A DNA stretch of 64,000 nucleotides. It comes from Candidatus Cloacimonadales bacterium. GTDB lineage: Bacteria > Cloacimonadota > Cloacimonadia > Cloacimonadales > JAIOQZ01. Positions 30,805 to 38,337 of the stretch are shown in pieces. Within the stretch, counting starts at the first letter, position 1, and each line of letters begins with the position of its first letter. The stretch covers positions 1,024,001 through 1,088,000 of the forward strand of contig OY762463.1 of the NCBI GenBank assembly GCA_963665815.1, given 5' to 3'. Position numbers and translations under genes: made by a program. The notes below the pieces were generated by a model. It was not told the DNA's origin. It worked only from the letters and a program-made list of their open reading frames with translations, and ran no database searches.

Positions 30805-31523
30805 CTCATTTTTGGAGACTTTCGGGCTATGCCCTGCAAGCTCATTGCTGGATGGCAGTTGATCCAGCTGATGAGTTTTTTAGCCCTGAAGGTGTCTCTT
30901 ATGGTTCTCGGATCGGAATCCTACGAACTTCAGAGACGAGACTCTCGCCTTCGGCTACGAGCTTATATAATGACCCGGTGAACTTCCTTGATCCGGATGG
31001 GGCGGAGCAAACTCCAGCTTACTTAGTTGTAGATATAATGTTGGACTATGTTGAATTAGATGGGAAACTAAGTAACTCAGGCGTAATAGCAAAACTAAAT
31101 GAAGCTGCATCTATTGCAGAGGGTAGATTCAATAGACATAATCCAAATGATTCAGACATACTAAAGGCAAAATATCTGCATGACGGTAAATTTTTAAGAA
31201 GTTGTGCAACAATATCTTCTTCTAACAGTACTATAAAAGGGATAGATACTGGAAAAAAAATAACAGTAGGAGCTGGGGCTCTTGCAGTCGGAGGAGTCGG
31301 TATAAATGCAGCACGAATGGGGGCAAAGCATATGGCACAGCCTTTACTGAATGGTACATATGATCTTATGGCTGGAGGAACTGATGTTCTAAGTTTGGGT
31401 ACAACACTTTTTATAGAAACTCCTCATGTTGACCACAAGGCAATTAAGAAAGATTGGAACTTAAGATATAAATATCAAGATTATGACAGAGGAGATGATG
31501 GATATGATTTTAATGAACTTTGA
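30594..31523 (+). CDS. Orphan Rhs repeat-associated core fragment with C-terminal putative toxin domain; core interrupted by two in-frame inserts
   Basis: VVQEDHYYPFG, NKFLYNNKE, WMAVDP and NDPVNFLDPDG, followed by ~170 aa of unrecognised CT. The YD-repeat body is absent. Confidence 0.8.
   Translation: MYVGNTALVVQEDHYYPFGIRLVGMSTDTGQNNKFLYNNKEYENENKVPPMVFELTFYRLRSGDSRLRLRAHFWRLSGYALQAHCWMAVDPADEFFSPEGVSYGSRIGILRTSETRLSPSATSLYNDPVNFLDPDGAEQTPAYLVVDIMLDYVELDGKLSNSGVIAKLNEAASIAEGRFNRHNPNDSDILKAKYLHDGKFLRSCATISSSNSTIKGIDTGKKITVGAGALAVGGVGINAARMGAKHMAQPLLNGTYDLMAGGTDVLSLGTTLFIETPHVDHKAIKKDWNLRYKYQDYDRGDDGYDFNEL
30732..30806. repeat. 75-bp structured repeat element, copy A
   Basis: Ungapped alignment to copy B (57/75 identical by hand count) and near identity to copy C. 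Confidence 0.85.
30889..30963. repeat. 75-bp structured repeat element, copy B
   Basis: AAGGTGTCTCTTATGGTTCTCGGATCGGAATCCTACGAACTTCAGAGACGAGACTCTCGCCTTCGGCTACGAGCT. Confidence 0.85.
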
Positions 31524-31553
31524 AAGTTCAATAAATAACAAAAGGAAATATCA

Positions 31554-32447
31554 ATGAGGTACTTACTGATTACTATAGTACTTTTTATAGGTACATTTAC
31601 TCTATATAGTGTTGAACTATTATCCGTTGAACAGTTAAATGAATTTGCGGATTCAATTCGTAGTAAGATGGTAGCAAATGATTTTACTGGAATCTGTATG
31701 ATGGAAAAAGGAATGAGAAACTTTATAACAAATACAGATCAATTATATATGAAGTATGAATCCTTTGATGTTCTTGCAAAGTCATTTATCTTGATCAATG
31801 AATATAGTAAAGCTAAACAATGCTATAGCGACATAACAAAAATACTATCAGTCACTCAAAATACAGTTTACTGTAAATATTGGGTAATTGCTAAATTCAA
31901 AACAATAATTGCAAATAAAAAGCTTAGTTTTGAAGAAAAGATGAAGGAATTAGAAAGATTTAGAGTTTCTGATTTTAAGAATCTTAATGTGACATGCTAT
32001 TATGAAGTTTTAAGTTATATGTTAACTGGATCAAAAATACGAAAGCAATATTTTCTTGACTTGTTTAAAGACCGAGTCGTTTCTAATGATATCAAAATCA
32101 ATTTTATGATTTTCTTATCAATAATTGAAATAGATGAAGAAAATAATGATGAATCAATGAAATATTTGAAAAGAGCAGAAAAATTAATACCAACGATTAC
32201 AAATTTCAGGAATATATTAGAAATGCAACTCAATTTGGCAAAAACCTTGTTATATGATAGACAACAGAATATTGCAGAAAGCAACAAGTATTTATCCAAA
32301 GCTATTCAAATTAAATCCTCAATTTCTAACCTAGATAGTATCAATATCTTTAGTTTAATGAAATTTGACAACATGATTCCTTATCCTGATAATGTGATAA
32401 GGCAACTAGAAAGTATTGAGAGGAGGATAAATGAGCAAAAGAATTAA
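31554..32447 (+). CDS. AT-rich exported helical/TPR-like protein, candidate Rhs immunity protein
   Basis: AAGGA RBS, signal peptide, directly after the Rhs CT. Confidence 0.6.
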   Translation: MRYLLITIVLFIGTFTLYSVELLSVEQLNEFADSIRSKMVANDFTGICMMEKGMRNFITNTDQLYMKYESFDVLAKSFILINEYSKAKQCYSDITKILSVTQNTVYCKYWVIAKFKTIIANKKLSFEEKMKELERFRVSDFKNLNVTCYYEVLSYMLTGSKIRKQYFLDLFKDRVVSNDIKINFMIFLSIIEIDEENNDESMKYLKRAEKLIPTITNFRNILEMQLNLAKTLLYDRQQNIAESNKYLSKAIQIKSSISNLDSINIFSLMKFDNMIPYPDNVIRQLESIERRINEQKN

Positions 32448-33381
32448 GATAAATAGTATCCTTCTGTTGGTTTTATTAACATTTTGTTCAAGATTTTTTG
32501 CATTTGAATATGTGAACTATTATCCTTTGAAGCAAAATTTAACACTTGAAGAGAAAGAGGTGGTAGAAAATTTCTCTTTCTTGATGAAAGACATATTGAA
32601 CGACAATTTCGCAATCGCTGGAACAAGCTTATCATTCATTTTCAGTCGTAATCAATTAAAAAATAATCCATTTGTTACAGAAAATCCTAAAGTCATATTA
32701 ATTCAATTCAGGGTAATTTATAACATAAGAATTGGAAATTATGAATTGGCTAAACTCTTATTTGATGAAGTTGAAAAGTCCTTCCAAGAGCCTACTAATG
32801 ATTTATCAAATGAGTTCTTCGAAGAGCTCAAATTGTATAAGTATTCAATTATGGCTAAACTGGAACCAGATAGTTTAGAATATTATGCGCGAAAAATCAT
32901 AGATATTGTTACTCCTAAAGATTTATTCTGCTATACATATCGCTTGAACTGGTTATTTGATAATGGCTATTACAATGATTTACAGAAGATTGTAAAAAAC
33001 TCAAATGATACTTTTGATATAATTAGTAACATAAGGTGTCTTTATGAGCAAAAAAAGTATGATGATATTGAAAATTTATTTATTCAGTTGAGTCGCAGTC
33101 CTCACAAACAAACTCCCGATCTTTTGCTTTATATTAGTTATATTAAATGCCTTATCGCCTTTAATAAGGGAAAAATCGACAAATCGATAAAGCTTTTAAA
33201 GAAGAATCAAAGAATGTTTAATGAGCTTGAAGTTTATATTAAAACTCATAATTTGAGAGAAAGATTTATTGATGAAAGTTTAAGAACACTAGTATTTAAT
33301 TTTGATGGATTGAATTTCACTTTAACAAATGAGCAGATAATGCAACTGTTGACAATCCAAGAAATGAGTAAATTAGATTAA
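32431..33381 (+). CDS. AT-rich exported helical/TPR-like protein, second candidate immunity protein
   Basis: GGAGG RBS, overlaps the previous gene, signal peptide. Confidence 0.6.
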   Translation: MSKRIKINSILLLVLLTFCSRFFAFEYVNYYPLKQNLTLEEKEVVENFSFLMKDILNDNFAIAGTSLSFIFSRNQLKNNPFVTENPKVILIQFRVIYNIRIGNYELAKLLFDEVEKSFQEPTNDLSNEFFEELKLYKYSIMAKLEPDSLEYYARKIIDIVTPKDLFCYTYRLNWLFDNGYYNDLQKIVKNSNDTFDIISNIRCLYEQKKYDDIENLFIQLSRSPHKQTPDLLLYISYIKCLIAFNKGKIDKSIKLLKKNQRMFNELEVYIKTHNLRERFIDESLRTLVFNFDGLNFTLTNEQIMQLLTIQEMSKLD

Positions 33382-33393
33382 CTTTTTTATATT

Positions 33394-33424
33394 GAAAAGC
33401 CAGAACTCGTTTTCTGGCTTTTTC
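33394..33424 (+). terminator. Intrinsic terminator
   Basis: AAAAGCCAGAA-loop-TTCTGGCTTTTT after the cassette. Confidence 0.8.
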
Positions 33425-33476
33425 TGTCTGAACCATGATTCTCTTGATTTATATGATTGAAGGATTGCAAGGATAA

Positions 33477-33513
33477 ACACCTTCGGAATGGTTAAAGACC
33501 TTCCGAATGGTGT
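33477..33513. repeat. REP-like imperfect palindrome
   Basis: ACACC-TTCGGAA-T-GGT-TAAAG-ACC-TTCCGAA-T-GGTGT. Confidence 0.6.
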
Positions 33514-33564
33514 GACAAACTGCTATCTTTTTTTTGAAATCAACTGTGCAGTCCTGTAATACGC

Positions 33565-33589
33565 GTAGAGGCAACCGGACGGTTGACTC
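33565..33589 (+). repeat. GTAG-type REP-like palindrome
   Basis: GTAGAGGCAACCGGACGGTTGACTC: a GTAG tetranucleotide at the foot of a GC-rich hairpin. Confidence 0.55.
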
Positions 33590-33657
33590 AATAATTTTCT
33601 TGACCATTTGCCACTACTGAGCTCAATTTAGCCTTAATATGGAGTAAGGAGACAGGA

Positions 33658-33876
33658 TTGTATCTGGGAAACACAGCTTTAGTAGTACAGGAAGACCATT
33701 ACTATCCATTTGGGCAACGTTTGAATGGGCTTTCCATGGCAAGTGCAAATCCTAATAACTTTCTTTACAATGGGAAGGAATTTGAAGATGAGAATAATGT
33801 ACCTCCTATGGTCTTCGAACTGACGTTCTACAGACTTCGGAGTGGAGACTCTCGCCTGCGGCTACGAGATTATTAG
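33658..33876 (+). pseudogene. Truncated second Rhs core fragment
   Basis: VVQEDHYYPFG..NNFLYNGKEFEDEN, ending at element copy C with no DPDG or CT. Confidence 0.8.
33796..33868. repeat. 75-bp structured repeat element, copy C
   Basis: Near identical to copy A, at the equivalent position in the second Rhs fragment. Confidence 0.85.
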
Positions 33877-34048
33877 TAAAGAAATTATCTTTCACCTGCA
33901 CAATAATAGAATCAGGTTCAATGCTGTAAATAAGCCCAAATTCTGCCTGTTCATCCTGACTTAGCACCATGGATTTACCTTTAAACTCCAGTATCAAGGT
34001 TTTACCTATAACACCGGTTATGTTTATTTCTGGTCGATGGACAATGGG
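33870..34048 (-). pseudogene. C-terminal gene fragment resembling a GspC/PilP-like beta domain
   Basis: Open frame PIVHRPEINITGVIGKTLILEFKGKSMVLSQDEQAEFGLIYSIEPDSIIVQVKDNFF with no start context. Family call is from pattern memory only. Confidence 0.4.
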
Positions 34049-34094
34049 CTATGAGCAAAGTCGTCGCATATACTTTTAACACCATTTGCAAATC

Positions 34095-34791
34095 AAAAAG
34101 GCCCCGAGAATTCCCAGAGCCTGTAAAGTTAGTTGGATGTCAAATGCGACGAAATCCCGACCTATTTGAAAAGGTCCTTCAGCAGTTTTTCTGCTTCTTT
34201 TTCGACTTTCTTGCCAACAAAAGAAAGTCTTTTCCCTTAAATCAAAGTTGTCGCATTATCTATAGTGATGAACATTTCAATAAAAAAAGGCCCCGAGAAT
34301 TCCCAGAGCCTGTAAAGTTAGTTGGATGTCAAATGCGACGAAATCTCGACCTATTTGAAAAGGTCCTTCAGCAGTTTTTCTGCTTCTTTTTCGACTTTCT
34401 TTCCGGCAAAAAGAAAGTCTTTTTACCTTTTTGGGGTAGTTGTCGCATTATCTATAGTGATGAACATTTCAATAAAAAAAGGCCCCGAGAATTCCCAGAG
34501 CCTGTAAAGTTAGTTGGATGTCAAATGCGACGAAATCTCGACCTATTTGAAAAGGTCCTTCAGCAGTTTTTCTGCTTCTTTTTCGACTTTCTTTCCGGCA
34601 AAAAGAAAGTCTTTTTACCTTTTTGGGGTAGTTGTCGCATTATCTATAGTGATGAACATTTCAATAAGAAAAGGCCCCGAGAATTCCCAGAGCCTGTAAA
34701 GTTAGTTGGATGTCAAATGCGACGAAATCTCGACCTATTTGAAAAGGTCTTTCAGCAGTTTCTCTGCTTCTTTTTCGACTTTCTTTCCGGC
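34095..34791. repeat. Tandem direct repeat, ~3.6 copies, periods 189/192/192 bp, each containing the last ~57 nt of the 34735..36603 gene and a terminator
   Basis: GGCCCCGAGAATTCCCAGAGCC recurs at 34100, 34289, 34481 and 34673. Copies differ by a few substitutions and one variable segment. Confidence 0.95.
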
Positions 34792-36603
34792 TTTATCTTT
34801 TTCCTTATCGATTTTGCCTTGAACTTCATTTTGTTTACCTTTGACCTTAGCTAATTGCTTATCGATCTTGCTTTGCATTTTTTTCATTTCAGAATCAAGC
34901 CTTGCTTTCTGTTTGTTTATCTGGTCATCAAGTTGTTTCTTGTACTTGGCAACTTCTTTATCAACCTTCTTACGCAATTCTTGTTTAGCTCGATCTACTT
35001 CTGCACTGAGTGCTTTTTTCATTTCTCTTGCAATCAGATTATCGAGATTACTATTCAAGTCGAATGAGTAATCAGAATCTTTCTGGCTGATTTTTGCATC
35101 AAAAGTAATAACATTTATTGCCTGAGTAATCCTCTTTGCAATTCTCAGGAGATGTTTGTTAAGCTTCTTTGAGTACACATCTGAAAACCTGAGTTTGTCT
35201 CCCTTAAAACCTACACTTGAAACAAAGTCACTGTTAAGAATATCAATCTCTGAGCTGAATGTTGCTTGTCCTGATTCCAGTTTTTCAGGTAACAAGACAA
35301 AATTGGAAAGTTTTGTTCCGTTAAGTGGTATTTCACTAGCAACAATTTTTACGTTCTCGTGGAATTGCTCATTTCTGTGGTCCAGAGTAGCATCTATGCT
35401 TGCTTTGAACAATCCGGCTCTGCTTCCGCTTAATTTTGCAGTAATCGGAGTATTAATTCTGTCCTGATCAGATGAGATATTGAATATCTGTCCTTTAATT
35501 TTGAGCCCGTCACCTGCTTCACCGGAAAGAGTAATTTCTTTCAGCCAGAAGTTTGGTAATTCAGGATATTTTTCTGCTTTGGGTTCTGCTTCTACAGCTT
35601 CAGGTTTATCCTGTTTGATTTCTCTCGACATCTGTATGTATCCTATAGCCATCATTAAACCATCTGAAAGTCTGTCTCCAAACAGCATTTTTGCAATATC
35701 TTCAACATTTGATGAAGGTAGGTTAGCAATATTCAATGCTTTGTTATAATCCGCTTTAACCCACTTAGGAACATCTTTTCTGAGACCATTAAGAAGCTTC
35801 ATATCTTTAGAGAAATTCTTTTTAACCTCTTTAGCTTCTTTAAACAGTTTCTGAGATTTATCATAAGCAAATTTAGCATTATCCAGAGCTTTCAATAACT
35901 CATCAAGCTTCTTCAAATTATTAACATCTATTGCACTGATCTTTTTCTCAATTTCTTTATAATCTTTTTCATAAGTATTGTTTTTGAATTTATCATCCCA
36001 ATATGCGTAACGTTCATCTGCAATTTTCTTAAGTGAATCAATTTTAGCAGGTGTCTGAAGTTCGAGAAGAGCGAATACGGAATCAACATCGATATTTGCC
36101 TTAAGTGAAGCAGGATCAAATACAGGAATCTTATCCTTTTCTTCCATGATCTTTGCTTTGATCTTTTCAGTTACCATTTTAGCTACTTTGCTCTGTCCTT
36201 TTTTCTTCTTTTTAGGATCAGGCTCAATATAACCATCTTCCGCTCTGACAGTATTCATTTTAAAGTTTACTAACTGTACTTTATTCATGACAACTTTCTT
36301 TGCCAGCAGAGGTTTAATCTCCATATTAATTTCTGTTCGACCAAATTCAAACAGGTTTTTCTTTGTATTGTCCTTATCAGTCATCTGGAATCTGTTCCAG
36401 GACAATGTTCCTTCGAATGGTTCAAACTTGAGACTGTCAACATTGAGTTGAGCTCCATAGATTTTGGAACCTTTCCCTTCAATAAAATTTGTAAGTATAT
36501 TATTTCTGAAGTGATAAACTCCAAATAATCCACCTGCAAAAATTATAAGAAATATAAGTAATCCAAGAAAAAACTTACCAAATTTCTTAAAGAATTTCTT
36601 CAT
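34735..36603 (-). CDS. TIGR03545/AsmA-like membrane-anchored protein with coiled-coil C-terminus
   Basis: N-terminal TM, GAQLNVD, KKNLFEF, PNFWLKEI, NSNLDN and a Lys/Glu-rich tail. Confidence 0.7.
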   Translation of the reverse strand: MKKFFKKFGKFFLGLLIFLIIFAGGLFGVYHFRNNILTNFIEGKGSKIYGAQLNVDSLKFEPFEGTLSWNRFQMTDKDNTKKNLFEFGRTEINMEIKPLLAKKVVMNKVQLVNFKMNTVRAEDGYIEPDPKKKKKGQSKVAKMVTEKIKAKIMEEKDKIPVFDPASLKANIDVDSVFALLELQTPAKIDSLKKIADERYAYWDDKFKNNTYEKDYKEIEKKISAIDVNNLKKLDELLKALDNAKFAYDKSQKLFKEAKEVKKNFSKDMKLLNGLRKDVPKWVKADYNKALNIANLPSSNVEDIAKMLFGDRLSDGLMMAIGYIQMSREIKQDKPEAVEAEPKAEKYPELPNFWLKEITLSGEAGDGLKIKGQIFNISSDQDRINTPITAKLSGSRAGLFKASIDATLDHRNEQFHENVKIVASEIPLNGTKLSNFVLLPEKLESGQATFSSEIDILNSDFVSSVGFKGDKLRFSDVYSKKLNKHLLRIAKRITQAINVITFDAKISQKDSDYSFDLNSNLDNLIAREMKKALSAEVDRAKQELRKKVDKEVAKYKKQLDDQINKQKARLDSEMKKMQSKIDKQLAKVKGKQNEVQGKIDKEKDKAGKKVEKEAEKLLKDLFK

Positions 36604-36843
36604 CTGAATATCTCCTAATTATCAATATCTTTAATTAAAGAATTATCTGTGAAGGAAAATTCGAGTCAAGAAAAAAGTCATTCCGCACAATTATGGTACT
36701 AAATAACACTCAGTTACTGAGAGTACAGTTTTCATTACTTACTTCAGGGAGTCTGTTGATTAGAAAAATCTGAACTAAAAACATTGACTGATTGATATTC
36801 AATACTTACAGTTTACCAAGAAGATACTAATTATGGAGGATCT

Positions 36844-37293
36844 ATGCAGATACAACCTTATATGGTCTGGATTATTCTGGGAGTTATTTTCGCTGTACTC
36901 GAATTTATGATACCCGGAATGATAATCATTTTCTTTGGGATTGGTGCTATATTAACCGGAATACTTACGACATTCATGCTGCAGGATAATTATATCGCAC
37001 AAATGATTATTTTTCTGATTCTGTCGATTTTATCCCTTGTTTTACTGAGAAAATACATGAAGAGTGTGCTGGTAGGTGAAACTACAGACAACCATCAGTT
37101 TGCGAATGACAGTATAGGAGAAATTGCACATGTCACTGAAGAAATTAATGCTTCTGAAGGCAAAGGTCATATTAAGTTCAGGGGCTCTCTCTGGAAAGCA
37201 GTTTCAGATGATGTTATTCCTGAAGGAAGTACTGTAAAAATTGTAGAGCAGAATAACATAACTTATAAAGTTAAACTTAACAAGGAGGACTAA
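36844..37293 (+). CDS. NfeD family protein (YbbJ-like)
   Basis: Three TM segments plus OB-fold GHIKFRGSLWKA, upstream of an SPFH gene. Confidence 0.9.
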   Translation: MQIQPYMVWIILGVIFAVLEFMIPGMIIIFFGIGAILTGILTTFMLQDNYIAQMIIFLILSILSLVLLRKYMKSVLVGETTDNHQFANDSIGEIAHVTEEINASEGKGHIKFRGSLWKAVSDDVIPEGSTVKIVEQNNITYKVKLNKED

Positions 37294-38222
37294 TGTTTGA
37301 TGGAATGTTCATGTGGATAATAATTATAATTGTTGTTATTTCCTTATTTCTCAAATATGCCAGAGTTATACCGAATCAATCAGTCTATGTAATTGAAAGA
37401 CTTGGTAAGTACCAGAAAACAATTGGAGCAGGTTTTCATCTGTTATTACCTTTCTTAGATAAAATTGCTTACAAACACACGTTAAAGGAACAGGCTATTG
37501 ACGTACCACCTCAGATTTGTATTACTCAAGATAATATCTCTGTTGAAATTGATGGTGTTCTGTATATGAAAGTTGTTGATGCTGTAAAAGCAAGTTATGG
37601 AATAACAAATTACAGATTTGCCATCATTCAACTTGCTCAGACTATGATGCGTTCCGAAATAGGTAAACTAAGTCTGGACAACACATTTGAATCCAGAGAA
37701 AACATTAATGCTCAGATTGTAACAGCTATTGACGAAGCTTCGGACCCCTGGGGTATCAAAGTAACTCGTTATGAGATTAAAAACATTGATCCACCTGAAT
37801 CAATAAAAGGTGCAATGGAAAAGCAGATGCGTGCTGAACGTGAGAAAAGAGAAAAGATAGCACTTTCCGAAGGTGACAAAATAGCTAAGATTAACCGAGC
37901 TGAAGGTGATAGAGAAGAAGCTATTAAAAAATCTGAAGGTGAAAGAACTAAGCTTGAAAACGAAGCAAAGGGACAGGCTGCTGCAATTCTTGAAGTTGCT
38001 GAAGCAACAGCTCAGGGAATTAAGAAAATTGCTGATGCAATCAATCAGGAAGGTGGACAGGAAGCTGTTAATATGAATATTGCCAAAGACTGGATTAAGG
38101 AATTCGGTAAAATTGCCCACAAAAGCAATACAATGATTGTTCCTACAAACGTTGCCGATCTTGCCAGCGTAACCGGACTTGTTGCCAAGACATTCGATAA
38201 AATGAGAGACAAACCGGAATAG
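37293..38222 (+). CDS. SPFH/band-7 stomatin-like protein (QmcA-like)
   Basis: VIERLGKY, ITQDN, AQTMMRSEIG, WGIKVTRYEIK, MEKQMRAEREKR. Confidence 0.93.
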   Translation: MFDGMFMWIIIIIVVISLFLKYARVIPNQSVYVIERLGKYQKTIGAGFHLLLPFLDKIAYKHTLKEQAIDVPPQICITQDNISVEIDGVLYMKVVDAVKASYGITNYRFAIIQLAQTMMRSEIGKLSLDNTFESRENINAQIVTAIDEASDPWGIKVTRYEIKNIDPPESIKGAMEKQMRAEREKREKIALSEGDKIAKINRAEGDREEAIKKSEGERTKLENEAKGQAAAILEVAEATAQGIKKIADAINQEGGQEAVNMNIAKDWIKEFGKIAHKSNTMIVPTNVADLASVTGLVAKTFDKMRDKPE

Positions 38223-38282
38223 AATACGAAATATTAAGAAACCAGTGCATATTATAATGACATGACGGTATTCTAATTATAC

Positions 38283-38316
38283 AATCAGTACCTTCCGTAA
38301 TCGGAAGGTACTGATT
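38283..38316. terminator. Perfect 15-bp hairpin, bidirectional terminator
   Basis: AATCAGTACCTTCCG-TAAT-CGGAAGGTACTGATT between convergent genes. Confidence 0.8.
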
Positions 38317-38337
38317 TCAAATATTGTTCAATTATGC

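Noticed and set aside
34440-34480. Type I toxin peptide or sigma70 promoter inside each repeat unit
   Set aside because: Minus-strand ORFs are short, non-hydrophobic, lack an RBS and differ between copies. TTGAAA and GATAAT are only 14 bp apart.
34095-34791. CRISPR array or hammerhead ribozyme array
   Set aside because: Units are ~190 bp and near identical with no unique spacers and no cas genes. The closest core (CTGAAG-stem-GAGA/GGGA) breaks the CUGANGA..GAAA consensus.
34051-34854. 267-aa plus-strand repeat ORF (and 61-aa ORFs at 34322 and 34514)
   Set aside because: It is a read-through of the tandem repeat with unit lengths divisible by three, partly antisense to a real gene and crossing terminators, with no RBS. 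Not fully excluded, but unlikely to be coding.
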